From an uncultured bacterium (GTDB lineage: Bacteria; Hinthialibacterota; Hinthialibacteria; Hinthialibacterales; Hinthialibacteraceae): a stretch of 64,000 nt of DNA. Shown one piece after another: positions 39,549-51,500 of the stretch; position 1 is the stretch's first letter, and the number at the start of each line of letters is the position of its first letter. The stretch lies in NCBI GenBank assembly GCA_964419335.1, contig CAYQOX010000001.1, forward strand, positions 200,654 to 264,653, in the 5' to 3' direction. A program made the translations under genes and the position numbers. Below the pieces are notes generated by a model. It ran no database searches. It was not told where the DNA came from and worked only from the letters and a program-made list of their open reading frames with translations.

Positions 39549-41833
39549 GGGTTTTCGCTCCTGTAGTAGGCTATGACCGCCTGGCCAAGGGAAATTCCTC
39601 CATCGTTGGGTGGAACCCGATGATGACGGTAAGGTTCAAATCCTTCTTCGCGCAGACGTTGCATAGCGCATAGGGTTAAATATCGATTTTGGAAACATCC
39701 TCCTGTGAGTATGACTTTGTTTCGTTTCGCCAATTGAGCCATTCGAACAATCATCTCAACGAGCGTATTATGGAATCGTGCGGCGATCTGAGCAACGGAT
39801 TTGCCCCGCTTTGACTCTTCGATGATCTCTTCGACCATAGCCGCCCAGTCGATGCGGTAACAGGAAGATGCTTCTTCAATTGTGACCTTATATGAATCAT
39901 ACTTGTTTTGTGGTGATTTCCGAATAGCGAATTCTAACTCCATAGCGGCTTGTCCCTCAAAGGCTACGTGTTGCCTTATTCCGATCAAAGAAGCGACCGC
40001 ATCGAACAGGCGTCCCACACTGCAAACTTGCGGGCATTGTAAGTTTTTTTTCAGCATGGAATGGAGTAAAGCCAGTTCCTCGGGTTGAAAAGTCTTTAAG
40101 ATTGGTAAATTTTTTTTTCGAAAAAGTTCTTCGCCAAAACATGCGTACAACAAACCCAAGGCGATGCGTCGCGGCTCCTTGATGGCTTTTTCACCGGATG
40201 GCATGGGAAAAGAGCGGAAAGTGGCAAAACGCTGGAAACGGGCTGGATTTCCGGTGAAGAATTCGCCTCCCCAGAGGGTATGATCAAGCCCGTAGCCGGT
40301 TCCATCCCATGATACAGCGAGAACATCTTCTTGAAGATGATGCTCGAACATACATGCGGCGGTATGGGCATGGTGATGCTGGACTTGAACATGGGGCAAA
40401 CCGGTTTGACAGGCGTATTGGGTTGAAAGATAATCAGGGTGAAGATCGCTGACAACAGTGTCCGGTTTGAGTTCGTACATTCGCTGCAGACTCTCGATCA
40501 CTTCGGTAAAAGCGTTATACGAGGCTTCCGTCTCAAGATCGCCGATGTGTTGGCTGATGAAAATATTCTGTCCCTGAGAAAGTGCCACAGTGTTTTTTAA
40601 GTGTCCTCCCACGGCAAGCATGGGGGGCAGAGAGTTTGCCCCACGAATGGGTAAGGGAGCATAACCGCGTGCTCGTCGATGCATATAAATGTCTTCCTCC
40701 AAAACTGCGACTACGGAGTCATCTGCATGGCGCACGATCGGGCGATTATGGACCAAATACCCGTCGGCAATATCAGCTAACCGTTTCAGCGCTTCGTGCT
40801 CATCGATACATATTGGTTCTTCGGAAAGGTTGGCACTCGTGGCAACAACGGGGAAAGCAAGTTCACGCATTAAGATGTGATGCAATGGTGTATAGGGCAA
40901 CATGCAGCCAAGATAAGGATTACCAGGCGCGATATTGGAAGGAAGATCTTGTTGGGTGGTTCTGTGTACAAGTACAATGGGCGCCTCGGGTGAAGTCAGT
41001 ATATGTTCTTCCTTTGGGGTGAGATGACAGTATTCCCCGACTTGCTCCACGCTGAGAAACATTAGCCCCAAGGGTTTGTCATAGCGGTGTTTGCGCTCAC
41101 GCAAACGCGAAATGGCTTTTTGGTTCTGGGCATCCACAAATAGATGAAAACCTCCCAAGCCTTTGATCGCGATGATTTTCCCATGTTTTATCGCTTCCGC
41201 AGCCATAAGGAGAGCCTCATGTTTTTGCGCAATGGACTCTCCCGAAATGGTCCAAAATTCCAAATGCGGGCCGCATAGGGGGCATGCGTTCGGTTGGGCG
41301 TGGAATCGGCGATCGCGAGGGTCTACATACTCACGCTGGCACTCGGGACACATGGTGAAATCCCGCATGGATGTGTGCGAGCGGTCATAGGGAAGGTCGC
41401 GAATAATGGTGAACCGTGGACCGCAATTTGTACAGTTCGTGAAGGGGTAGAGATAGCGGCGGTTTTGGGGATCGAAGATTTCTCTTCGACAATCGGAACA
41501 AGTCGCGATATCGGGAAGCAATAAGGCGGTTTTTCCACCGCGGGTTTCGCTGTGGCGTATCGTAAAGGTAGTATCCTGTTGGATGGGGATGGATTGTTTC
41601 TCTATCGTGTGAATAATGGCGTGATGAGGTTTTTCTATAAGCAGGCGTTGATAGAATTGTTCCAGTTCATAAGAAGAGCCTTCGGCTTCAATAACCACGC
41701 CTTGGGGAGAATTGAGTATCCAACCTGTGAGCTGATGTTCGTTTGCGAGCCGATATATAAAAGGGCGAAAACCTAAGCCTTGTACGGCTCCGTTGATTTT
41801 AATTTGATAACGTTCGAGGGTGGGCTGGCTCAT
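39539..41833 (-). CDS. hypF: Carbamoyltransferase HypF
   Basis: Acylphosphatase domain (GAVQGLGFRPFIYRLA), two CxxC zinc-finger pairs, YrdC-like and Kae1-like domains. 764 aa. Confidence 0.9.
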   Translation of the reverse strand: MSQPTLERYQIKINGAVQGLGFRPFIYRLANEHQLTGWILNSPQGVVIEAEGSSYELEQFYQRLLIEKPHHAIIHTIEKQSIPIQQDTTFTIRHSETRGGKTALLLPDIATCSDCRREIFDPQNRRYLYPFTNCTNCGPRFTIIRDLPYDRSHTSMRDFTMCPECQREYVDPRDRRFHAQPNACPLCGPHLEFWTISGESIAQKHEALLMAAEAIKHGKIIAIKGLGGFHLFVDAQNQKAISRLRERKHRYDKPLGLMFLSVEQVGEYCHLTPKEEHILTSPEAPIVLVHRTTQQDLPSNIAPGNPYLGCMLPYTPLHHILMRELAFPVVATSANLSEEPICIDEHEALKRLADIADGYLVHNRPIVRHADDSVVAVLEEDIYMHRRARGYAPLPIRGANSLPPMLAVGGHLKNTVALSQGQNIFISQHIGDLETEASYNAFTEVIESLQRMYELKPDTVVSDLHPDYLSTQYACQTGLPHVQVQHHHAHTAACMFEHHLQEDVLAVSWDGTGYGLDHTLWGGEFFTGNPARFQRFATFRSFPMPSGEKAIKEPRRIALGLLYACFGEELFRKKNLPILKTFQPEELALLHSMLKKNLQCPQVCSVGRLFDAVASLIGIRQHVAFEGQAAMELEFAIRKSPQNKYDSYKVTIEEASSCYRIDWAAMVEEIIEESKRGKSVAQIAARFHNTLVEMIVRMAQLAKRNKVILTGGCFQNRYLTLCAMQRLREEGFEPYRHHRVPPNDGGISLGQAVIAYYRSENPCV

Positions 41834-41850
41834 AATGGAATGCGGGATGT

Positions 41851-43167
41851 TTAGCCCCGCAGAGCAGGACGGATTTCTTGTAGCTCGGGATCATATTCCA
41901 TACGGCAGCCGCTTCGATAGGCCATATTGGCCAGGATGGTTGCAATAGCATGTGCATAGCCGCTCTCTACATCAGCGGAGGGCTGTTGACGACTACGCAC
42001 GCATTCGAAAAACTGGCCAAGATGATCACGGTTTGGCGGCGATGAAATTTCTATTTTTTCTCCCACTTTTTCCTTGTGATCGATGTAAAAATGAGGATTC
42101 GAGGACTTAGGATCATCACAGCGCACATCTCCTCCCGCACCTGTGGGAAGGACGATCCCTTTTCTTAAATCCAAGGTGCCTTTGGTGCCGTATAAATATA
42201 TTCCCCGGGCGTTGGCATGATTGCCCATACGTAAATGATAAGTAATCAAGGTTCCTCCAGGATACTCCAACAGGCATTGCACTGTGTCTGGATTCGTACG
42301 GCCATCCTTCCAAAGATAAACCCCCCCGAGGGAGACCGCATAGCGGGGAACCGAATCGAGCATGAGATTGATCACATCGATGCGGTGACTCATGCGTTGG
42401 CAAAAACTCCCGCTGGAGAAAGGCCAAAACAAACGGAACTCGCGATAATGTCGGGGATTCCAGGGATAGCGCTCTGGATCAAGATACGTGAGAAACTCGT
42501 TCCAGTGGGTATCTTGGGGATGAATCGAATCTTCGGCCCCAGGGATACGCCATTGCTGGGTGAAGCACGCGTCATGAATTTCGCCGTAAGTGATTTGTCC
42601 TAACGCTCCGCTTTGGATGAGGTCACGCGCGCCGTAATACAAACCCCGTCCGCGGCTTTGTATTCCCATTTGCACGATGCGATCGCTTTGTTTAATGGTT
42701 TGCCAGGCGGCTTTGACTTGTTCAAAATCACAGCCGAAGGGTTTCTCTACATAAACATCCTTACCGGCTTGGACGCATTGGGCGGCTTGAGGTGCGTGTT
42801 GGAAATCCGGTGTCGCAAGGAGCACCGCGTCTATATCCTTGTTTTCACTTAGTTCGGATAAAGTGCGATAAGAGGCAGGCTTCTCTCCAAAATGTTCTTG
42901 AATCTTTTGGCAAGCGCTTTGACGCCGTTGTTTCCATAGATCACAAACCGCGCTAATCCGCACATTGTGTTTTTTTTCGAGTTTTTGCGTCCAGGCGATA
43001 AGGGCATGACCTCGTACGCCTGCGCCGACCAGACCAATATGGAGACGCTCATTGGCTCCCTTGGCTTCTTCTGGTATAAAAGGCACACCCAAGGCCCAAG
43101 CGCTCGCCCCTGCGGCCGAGGTGGTGACGAAGCCGCGCCGACTCATCTCATCGGTAGGAGGGATCAT
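41851..43167 (-). CDS. Gfo/Idh/MocA family oxidoreductase with Tat signal peptide
   Basis: MSRRGFVTTSAAGASAWALG twin-arginine signal, Rossmann IGLVGAGVRG. Start chosen at ATG 43167, whose codon overlaps the pduO stop (ATGA). ORF track start at 43191 is the alternative. Confidence 0.7.
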   Translation of the reverse strand: MIPPTDEMSRRGFVTTSAAGASAWALGVPFIPEEAKGANERLHIGLVGAGVRGHALIAWTQKLEKKHNVRISAVCDLWKQRRQSACQKIQEHFGEKPASYRTLSELSENKDIDAVLLATPDFQHAPQAAQCVQAGKDVYVEKPFGCDFEQVKAAWQTIKQSDRIVQMGIQSRGRGLYYGARDLIQSGALGQITYGEIHDACFTQQWRIPGAEDSIHPQDTHWNEFLTYLDPERYPWNPRHYREFRLFWPFSSGSFCQRMSHRIDVINLMLDSVPRYAVSLGGVYLWKDGRTNPDTVQCLLEYPGGTLITYHLRMGNHANARGIYLYGTKGTLDLRKGIVLPTGAGGDVRCDDPKSSNPHFYIDHKEKVGEKIEISSPPNRDHLGQFFECVRSRQQPSADVESGYAHAIATILANMAYRSGCRMEYDPELQEIRPALRG

Positions 43168-43721
43168 TTTTTCTCGCTGCTGCTTTTCCATACAATTTCC
43201 TCTACGTTATCATATTGATTTTGATAACGAGCCATGACAAATAGAAGATCGGATAGTCGATTGAGATATTGAAAAACCATACTATCCATAATAGGTTCTT
43301 CCTGATGCAATCGAATTACACTGCGTTCGACTCGACGGCAAATCGTTCGGGCAATGTGAAGATTGGAAGCCGCGATCGATCCTCCCGGGAGAATGAAACT
43401 CGTCAGTGGAGAGAGGGAGGATTCTAACTCATCGATTTGAGTTTCCAAATACTGAATCGATTTTTTCGGGAGCGGGTATTTTTCTTCGTTAGAAGCCATG
43501 GTGGCAAGTGCTGCCCCTAACTGGAAAAGGTGGTTTTGTATGGTTTGTAAAACCGGGTACAGGCGGGAGCAAAGGTTTTCTCCCATGGTTTTGCCGAGAA
43601 AAGCGTTCATCTCATCCACTTGCCCATAGGCTTCAATACGCGATGAGCATTTTAGGATTCGCTTTCCACCGATAATCGCAGTAGTCCCATCATCACCTGT
43701 TTTTGTATAAATCTTTACCAT
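43164..43721 (-). CDS. PduO-type ATP:cob(I)alamin adenosyltransferase family protein
   Basis: IYTKTGDDGTT..L...R...E.YG motif of the PduO/MMAB family. 185 aa. Confidence 0.8.
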   Translation of the reverse strand: MVKIYTKTGDDGTTAIIGGKRILKCSSRIEAYGQVDEMNAFLGKTMGENLCSRLYPVLQTIQNHLFQLGAALATMASNEEKYPLPKKSIQYLETQIDELESSLSPLTSFILPGGSIAASNLHIARTICRRVERSVIRLHQEEPIMDSMVFQYLNRLSDLLFVMARYQNQYDNVEEIVWKSSSEKK

Positions 43722-43805
43722 TGACTATAACCGCCCTTACTTAACCTGACGTAGATAAAATTTTTTGTTTCCAAGTATGGAATTAATTATTTTTTATTAC
43801 TCTTA

Positions 43806-44750
<945 letters not shown>

Positions 44751-44934
44751 GATAACAACCTCGGTCCTATACAATGGCATAGCATTCTTGCTAGCAGTAT
44801 ACCCGGGGATAGAGATATTTCGCAATGGTTCTTTTGATGAAAAAGAGAAAGAATCGTGCTGATTTGCGTGTAATTCTCTATTAGTAGAGAGAACCGATTA
44901 TTCCTAAGAGGCTGGAAAGGATGGTTGAAGAATA

Positions 44935-45636
44935 ATGCGTGTAACTTGGCGATTGTATTGGATGGATTTATTTGTCCTACTATTGTTTGGAAGTATGACC
45001 CCTGGAGGAGCGAGCGAGAATACGTTTCAATACGGGATCGATGGGTATGAATCGGCAGGAGAAGTAGGGATACACTCTGGCATACAAGAGATTTGCTACG
45101 GGCAATTATTGATGCTCTATGATGGGAACACCCGGCTCTTATTTAAGTTTGATGAGCTAGATCTCCCCCAAGGAGAATATACGCTAAAATTCCAACTAAG
45201 CGTAAGTTCGCTCACCCAACCGGGTACCGCCAGTGTGTACATTCTCCATGAAAGACGTTGGGAAGACCCCGGTGAGACTATGAATCCTCCAACCATCGAT
45301 CAAAATTATCCTACTTGGAACTATTGGAATTATAATCTGGATGCTTGGGAAACTCCCGGAGCAGATGGAGCGACAGAAAAAGGTGATTTAATTGGACAGC
45401 AATATATTGATTCCGTTACTGAGGTCACCTTTGAAAAACAAATCACAATGGAGCCCAATCAAACCGGAATCGGTTTTCTTGTTTATGGTCCTGGTCGAAT
45501 TCATTTTTATTGCAAAGAAAACAATGAAGGAATCATCGAAAGAAATCCTAAACTTACGCTCATAGGAGGAAAGCGGCTTCCAAAAGGGGGATTGGGATGG
45601 AATCAATTTTTTGAACCGATGCAAGGGATACGTTGA
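44935..45636 (+). CDS. Secreted hypothetical protein
   Basis: 233 aa with an N-terminal signal-like hydrophobic segment. Trp/Asn-rich. No family recognised. Confidence 0.45.
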   Translation: MRVTWRLYWMDLFVLLLFGSMTPGGASENTFQYGIDGYESAGEVGIHSGIQEICYGQLLMLYDGNTRLLFKFDELDLPQGEYTLKFQLSVSSLTQPGTASVYILHERRWEDPGETMNPPTIDQNYPTWNYWNYNLDAWETPGADGATEKGDLIGQQYIDSVTEVTFEKQITMEPNQTGIGFLVYGPGRIHFYCKENNEGIIERNPKLTLIGGKRLPKGGLGWNQFFEPMQGIR

Positions 45637-45773
45637 TTCGGGGGTGCAAGGATTGCTTTTTTTCTTCGTTCCATTACTATCGTTACGTGCTGTAATTTAG
45701 ACGTTTTTATAGGTGAATTACAACATTTACTCCATGGAATTATAGAACGAATCATGTTTGTGAGGTCATTGGA

Positions 45774-46715
45774 ATGGCGAAATATGTAGTCACCGGTGGT
45801 GCTGGATTTATTGGATCGCATCTCGTAGAAGCGCTGCTCAGTCAGAGCGAAGAAGTGGCCGTCATCGATAATTTTACAACTGGCCGGCGTGAAAACATCC
45901 AGTCTTTCTTAAAAGAAATCGAATTATTTGATATTGATTTGCGTGATTTAAGTGCGCTAAAAAAAGCCATGGAGGGAGCCGAATATGTTTTCCATCAAGC
46001 CGCTCTTCCTTCTGTCCCTCGCTCCGTAAAAAATCCTCTAGAAAGCCATGAAAACAATTTGACGGGCACCTTAAACGCATTGTTAGCCGCCAAAGAAAAT
46101 GAAGTAAAACGATTTATCTATGCGGCCTCATCCTCGGCTTATGGGGATGCCAAGGCAGAAAAAAAGCATGAAGAATTGCTCCCCAATCCAATTTCTCCTT
46201 ATGGAGTTGCGAAGTTAGGAGGCGAGTACTATTGTCAATCGTTCTATGAGACGTATGGATTAGAAACTGTATGCCTGCGTTATTTTAACGTCTTTGGTCC
46301 CAGGCAGAATCCCCATTCCCCTTACACCGGCGTGATGGCTATTTTTATTCCACTGATGTTGCAAGATAAACAGCCTACAATTTATGGCGATGGATCAGCC
46401 ACCCGGGATTATACATTCATCCAAAATGTGGTGTATGCCAATTTGTTGGCCCGTGACGCCGAAGACGCGCCAGGGAAAATATTAAATGTCGCATGTGGAG
46501 AACGATGGAGCGTGAAGGATGTTGTCGATACCATTAATAATATTTTAGGAAAAACCATACAGCCGGTTTATGCTACTCCCCGACCTGGAGATATTCAGCA
46601 TTCATGTGCCTCGATCGAAAAAGCAAAAGAAATATTAAACTTCCGACCGCAAGTTTCCTTCGAAGAGGGAATTAAAAAGACAATCGATTGGTACCGGCAG
46701 GAATTGGATTTATAG
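45774..46715 (+). CDS. NAD-dependent epimerase (UDP-GlcNAc/UDP-GlcNAcA C4-epimerase WbpP/TviC-like, extended SDR)
   Basis: YVVTGGAGFIGSHL, SSSAYG, YGVAKL (YxxxK) and the RYFNVFGPRQ block. Confidence 0.75.
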   Translation: MAKYVVTGGAGFIGSHLVEALLSQSEEVAVIDNFTTGRRENIQSFLKEIELFDIDLRDLSALKKAMEGAEYVFHQAALPSVPRSVKNPLESHENNLTGTLNALLAAKENEVKRFIYAASSSAYGDAKAEKKHEELLPNPISPYGVAKLGGEYYCQSFYETYGLETVCLRYFNVFGPRQNPHSPYTGVMAIFIPLMLQDKQPTIYGDGSATRDYTFIQNVVYANLLARDAEDAPGKILNVACGERWSVKDVVDTINNILGKTIQPVYATPRPGDIQHSCASIEKAKEILNFRPQVSFEEGIKKTIDWYRQELDL

Positions 46716-46768
46716 AAGCATCTTGGATAGCATTCTGCCATCGAGAAGGTCATGAGAGTTCATATAAT

Positions 46769-48493
46769 CTACCCCGTTTTTTCACCCAGGACTTTGTAAA
46801 GTTTTTTTAATGGATACGTATTGATAACCTCTTGCGCTTGCAAACGCCCTCGTCTAGCTGTTCGGAGGCCGAATTCCAAATGCTCGAAATCATGGGCTGC
46901 ATGCGTATCGGTATCCAGGCTAAAAAGGACACCATGTTTTTTGGCTTCCAAGATCATCCGGTCGCTTAAATCCAAGCGGGAATAATGAGCATTGATTTCT
47001 AAAATCGTCTTTGTTTCAGCCGCGGTGCTGAACAAGGCCTCATGATCGATTTCTAATGTCGCCCGATGTCCGATGATACGCCCCGTGGGATGGGCGAGAA
47101 TATCCACATGGGGATTACGCAGTGCGGGAAGAATCCGGTTGGTCATTTTTTCTTTTGGCTGCTCGAAGGAAGAGTGAATCGCAGCGATAACGATATCGAG
47201 TTGTTCAAGGAGACTATCGTCGAAATCGAGTTCCCCATCAGCCCGAATATCCACTTCAGCTCCAGTCAGCACGGTAAAGTTCTTGTGCTGTTGGTTCCAT
47301 TCTTGAATTTCTTCGATCTGCTTCTTTAAACGATCGGGATTGAGGCCATTCGCGACACCGAGTGAACCAGAATGGTCAGTCACGGCCAGAAATTGATAAC
47401 CACGCGCCTTCGCTTCTTCCACCAATTCATCCAAGGTCATGCGGCCATCGCTCCAGGTGGTATGATTATGCAGTGCCGAACGAATGTTTTTTCGTTCTAG
47501 CAAAGGAGGCAACGGGCCTTTCTTGGCGATTTCGATTTCATCATACCCCTCCCGCCACTCGGGATAGATCCAGGGCAACCCCAGCGATTGGTAAACACTT
47601 TCTTCGGTTTCGCCGGCAACGGGGGTGTTGGAATCGCTTTCATAAACTCCGTACTCATTGATTTTAAGACCCTTTTTGACCGCCATCTCACGCAAAAGCA
47701 CATTATGCTCTTTGGAACCGGTGAAATATTGCAATGCTGCGCCGAAACTTTCCAGCAGGACAACACGTAAATCAATTTGTAAGCCGTTTGTTAATTGACA
47801 ACTGGATTTTTTGCTTCCCTTGGCAATAATGGTTTGAATTTTTGGTGTGCGGAAGAATTCTTCCACCACCGAATCGGGATTATCGGTTGCGACCAGCAAG
47901 TCAAGGTCACCGACGGTGTCCTTGCCACGGCGCAGACTTCCCGCAAATTCAGCCCGAAAGACTCCGGGTACTTGCTTAATACGTTCAAGGAGTTCCATCG
48001 CCACGGGATAGGCAATACCAAGGTGAAAGCGTCCTTCGGATTGTTTCATGTTGGCAATGCCCTTGAGTATTTTTTCTTCACTTTTTTTGCCCATACCGGG
48101 CAGGGATTGCAGTTGGCCTGCTTCAGCGGCTTGTTTGAGTTCTTCAACACTGCTGATCCCCAGATTTTCATAGACGAGGCGAGCTTTTTTGGGGCCAAGA
48201 TTGGGAACTTCGAGCAGGTCGAGTATCCCCTCAGGAAAGCCTTCGATCAACTCGTCGTAATAAGCGATATGGCCAGTCTCGATGGCTTCGGCTATTTTTT
48301 CGGCAATCCCTTTGCCAATCCCATCGATTTTCGCCAATTCACCGCGTTCATGAATTTCGCTCAAAGGTTCATTAAGGTTCTCAATCGCGCGGGCTGCATT
48401 TTGATAAGCGCGAATTTTGAATACATTCTCGCCGCGAATTTCTAGCAGGCTGCTAATCTGTGTAAGGATTTTTTTAATATCGTCATTGTCCAT
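46769..48493 (-). CDS. polX: DNA polymerase X family protein with C-terminal PHP phosphoesterase domain
   Basis: N-terminal helix-hairpin-helix and Pol beta-like nucleotidyltransferase (GS.RRGK.T.GDLD), C-terminal PHP ([12 protein letters not shown]). 574 aa. Confidence 0.85.
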   Translation of the reverse strand: MDNDDIKKILTQISSLLEIRGENVFKIRAYQNAARAIENLNEPLSEIHERGELAKIDGIGKGIAEKIAEAIETGHIAYYDELIEGFPEGILDLLEVPNLGPKKARLVYENLGISSVEELKQAAEAGQLQSLPGMGKKSEEKILKGIANMKQSEGRFHLGIAYPVAMELLERIKQVPGVFRAEFAGSLRRGKDTVGDLDLLVATDNPDSVVEEFFRTPKIQTIIAKGSKKSSCQLTNGLQIDLRVVLLESFGAALQYFTGSKEHNVLLREMAVKKGLKINEYGVYESDSNTPVAGETEESVYQSLGLPWIYPEWREGYDEIEIAKKGPLPPLLERKNIRSALHNHTTWSDGRMTLDELVEEAKARGYQFLAVTDHSGSLGVANGLNPDRLKKQIEEIQEWNQQHKNFTVLTGAEVDIRADGELDFDDSLLEQLDIVIAAIHSSFEQPKEKMTNRILPALRNPHVDILAHPTGRIIGHRATLEIDHEALFSTAAETKTILEINAHYSRLDLSDRMILEAKKHGVLFSLDTDTHAAHDFEHLEFGLRTARRGRLQAQEVINTYPLKKLYKVLGEKTG

Positions 48494-48827
48494 GGGACGC
48501 GGTCTTTCCTTATTTAAAGGAATTCGTACTACTTATTCATTGTAAAGCATGGGAAAGGTTCATAAAGTGAAGATGAAAGCACCATCACAAACTTTGATGT
48601 CGTTAAAACTCATTCACTTTTTTCTTCAAGAAGAAAGTCCATTGCGTGGATGGTAGAGTGACTTGGTGTTTTCGATTACGTGGTTTTATAGAAAGTATCA
48701 TATGATTTGTGAAGAATCATGTGATTGAATTTATCTTTGTTGCATTCAAAAAAGTTCATTCGTCCCTCTGGTCTAAAAAGTCAAGTCTGCCTACTATGTT
48801 ATAAACTCAATAATTGGAGAAGAATAC

Positions 48828-50135
48828 GTGAGACGTTTTTTGCGTAAACCACGGATCGCCTGTATCGATTTGACCTTCAATTGGCCTCCAGTCGGAGGAT
48901 GCTGGATAGATACCTATCATGTGTTGAAAGGGTTGCAAGACCGGGGAGCGGAGGTATGTCTATTTACTCCCGATTTTCAAACGTACTATCCACGCGGAGA
49001 TATTCGAGAAGCCACTCCTTTTCGCACGTTATCAATTCCCTTCAACCGTTTTACCTATAACTTTTACAGTGTGAGAAAGCGTTTTCGCCATGCAGTGAAC
49101 ACTTATGGAGCGGACATGGTTTTTTTAACCGATGGTTATCACATGAAAAATCATCTCCTCACTGCTATAGGACCTGAACGCTGTTTTTTACGTTTTTATG
49201 CTTATGAATTACTTTGTGTGAATTTACACTATTATCGTTATCATGAAGATCGAATTTGCGATCAGGGATTTTTTCAGAATCCAGTAGAATGTCATCGCTG
49301 TTGGTTTCAGCGGATGCCCGCCTGGGGGCGGGCGTTGCAAATTGCTGTGGATTGGCCAGAAACCCATCCCAAATTACACTTCTCGCAAGAATATCTCGCG
49401 AGTTTAGCCTTCACCGAAGGTTATCACCGGCGCTTGCTGGCTAATTTAAAACAATTGCGGGGGGCGATTGTGTATAATTCGTTCATGCAGCAACAGCTCG
49501 AGCCGTATGTCGAGAACATCCATGTTATCCCCTCCGGGGTGGATTCAGAACGCTTTGTCCCCGCTGAGGAGGAAGAATCGAATGAACAGCCAGTCAAGAT
49601 TTTTTTACCCGGACGGGCGAATGATCCCCACAAAGGATTGCCTGTAGCGATCAAGGCCTGTGAGTTTTTAGCCAAGCAAGGTTTGTCATTTGAGTTACAT
49701 TACACTGCAGCCATGGATTGTGAACACCAAGCTCCGTGGCTGATTAATCGCGGTTGGGTCAATCAGGATCAGTTGCCGGAAATGTACCGCGAGATGGATA
49801 TTGTAATTGTCCCCTCGATTTGGATTGAACCGTTTGGGATTACCGCGCTGGAAGGGATGGCCTCGGCAAAACCCGTCGTAGCAAGCCGGATCGGTGGATT
49901 AGCCCATACGGTAGTCGATCAGGTAACCGGCTTGCATGTTGAAGCGGAGGATGTTTCGGGACTGGCGCGAGCCTTAGAAACCTTGATCCATGACCCTGAA
50001 ATGCGTAAGCAGATGGGGAAAGCGGGAAGAGAGCGCGCAGTCAATCACTACGATTGGAACGTGATTGTCGATCGTCATTACGTACCCATGGTGGAAGAAA
50101 AACTACGAGAAGTGTCGGACTCGAAATCAGAGTAG
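48828..50135 (+). CDS. Glycosyltransferase family 4 (GT-B)
   Basis: GTG start with a GGAGA ribosome-binding site. C-terminal EPFGITALEGMASAKPVVAS..GG E-X7-E motif region. Confidence 0.75.
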   Translation: MRRFLRKPRIACIDLTFNWPPVGGCWIDTYHVLKGLQDRGAEVCLFTPDFQTYYPRGDIREATPFRTLSIPFNRFTYNFYSVRKRFRHAVNTYGADMVFLTDGYHMKNHLLTAIGPERCFLRFYAYELLCVNLHYYRYHEDRICDQGFFQNPVECHRCWFQRMPAWGRALQIAVDWPETHPKLHFSQEYLASLAFTEGYHRRLLANLKQLRGAIVYNSFMQQQLEPYVENIHVIPSGVDSERFVPAEEEESNEQPVKIFLPGRANDPHKGLPVAIKACEFLAKQGLSFELHYTAAMDCEHQAPWLINRGWVNQDQLPEMYREMDIVIVPSIWIEPFGITALEGMASAKPVVASRIGGLAHTVVDQVTGLHVEAEDVSGLARALETLIHDPEMRKQMGKAGRERAVNHYDWNVIVDRHYVPMVEEKLREVSDSKSE

Positions 50136-50141
50136 AAAGTT

Positions 50142-51500
50142 TTGGACAAATTATTCATGAATTCGAATGCTCTATTCGATAAATGCAAAGCCTTGCAAAA
50201 AACCTGGCCCTGGAGTCTTTTGAGTTATACCGCGTTGGTGTTTGTGATTCCCTATTATGGATTGCGGATTCTCTTTGGAGAAAAATACCGCCTGGGCTTG
50301 CGCCATCGTTTGGGATTTTACTCGACTGAAGAACGGGAAAGGATGCGGCAAGGGCAATTTATTTGGGTGCATACCGTCTCTGTTGGTGAATTGCAGGCCG
50401 CACGTCCTTTGTTGCGCTCGATCAAAGAGCACTATTCAGACTATCAAATTGTAGTAACCACAGTGACCCCAACCGGCCAAGAACTGGCACACAAGGTTGA
50501 GGAGATCGACGCATCATTTTATTTCCCGTTGGATATTCCCCCCTTAAGCCGAAGGTTTCTCGCCATGGCCCAACCCCACACCTTCTTTATTTTAGAAACC
50601 GAACTTTGGCCGAATGCTATTCGAGCAGCGGCAGAAAGATCGATTCCTATTTTTTTGATCAATGCGCGTCTCTCCGATCGTTCGTATGGAAATTACTACA
50701 AAGCACGGCGCTTGTTTAAACCGGTGTTGGATTTAATCGATGTGATCTTGGCACAAAGCCAAAACGATGCAGAACGATTTGCTCAATTGGGAGTCAACCA
50801 AGAACATGTTCATGTTAGTGGAAATCTAAAATTTGAATCGGTTGCTGAGATTCATCCCGAAGAACGGGGGCGTTGGCGGGAGTTGTTCCAACTCAAAGAA
50901 GAGGAAATTCTCTTATTGGCGGGTTCCACCTTTGCGGGTGAAGAACATTTGCTGGCAGAGGTCTTTCTTACTTTGCGAAAGGAAGGTTATCCCCTGCGTT
51001 TGCTCATCGCTCCGCGCCATATAGAGCGCGTGGATGGAATTGTGCAAGTGTTGCGGGAATCAGGATTTTCTACCCAACGACGTTCGACCTTGGCACCAAG
51101 TGACAATTCGATACCACCGGATGCGGTGTTGCTCCTAGATACCATGGGCGAACTGCGCTCTGTCTACGCGGCGGCGGATATTGTCTTCATTGGAAAATCG
51201 CTATGCAACAAGGGGGGACAGAATCCCATTGAACCAGCAGCCTGGGGCAAAGCAATTGTTTTTGGTGAAAAGATGCAGAACTTCCGTGATGTGGCGGAAT
51301 TGTTTTTACGTGCTGAGGGAGCCAAGCAAGTTAAAGATAAGAAAGAATTGCAAGATGTCATCAAACACTGGTGCGAATCCGAAGGAGAACGTAAACGCTT
51401 TGGCGAACAGGCGAGACAAGTGGTCGAAATCAATCAGGGCAGTATCCAACGCGTCTTCGAGCAAATTACTCCCTATTTATCTTCGCTCAGGAAATCATGA
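50142..51500 (+). CDS. waaA: 3-deoxy-D-manno-octulosonic acid (Kdo) transferase
   Basis: IWVHTVSVGELQAARPLL and VVTTVTPTG blocks match WaaA/KdtA. 452 aa. Confidence 0.85.
   Translation: MDKLFMNSNALFDKCKALQKTWPWSLLSYTALVFVIPYYGLRILFGEKYRLGLRHRLGFYSTEERERMRQGQFIWVHTVSVGELQAARPLLRSIKEHYSDYQIVVTTVTPTGQELAHKVEEIDASFYFPLDIPPLSRRFLAMAQPHTFFILETELWPNAIRAAAERSIPIFLINARLSDRSYGNYYKARRLFKPVLDLIDVILAQSQNDAERFAQLGVNQEHVHVSGNLKFESVAEIHPEERGRWRELFQLKEEEILLLAGSTFAGEEHLLAEVFLTLRKEGYPLRLLIAPRHIERVDGIVQVLRESGFSTQRRSTLAPSDNSIPPDAVLLLDTMGELRSVYAAADIVFIGKSLCNKGGQNPIEPAAWGKAIVFGEKMQNFRDVAELFLRAEGAKQVKDKKELQDVIKHWCESEGERKRFGEQARQVVEINQGSIQRVFEQITPYLSSLRKS

Noticed and set aside
47795-48445. 216-aa plus-strand ORF inside polX
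   Set aside because: Entirely antisense to a well-supported PolX/PHP gene. Low-complexity Phe/Gly-rich translation with no motifs. A typical shadow ORF.
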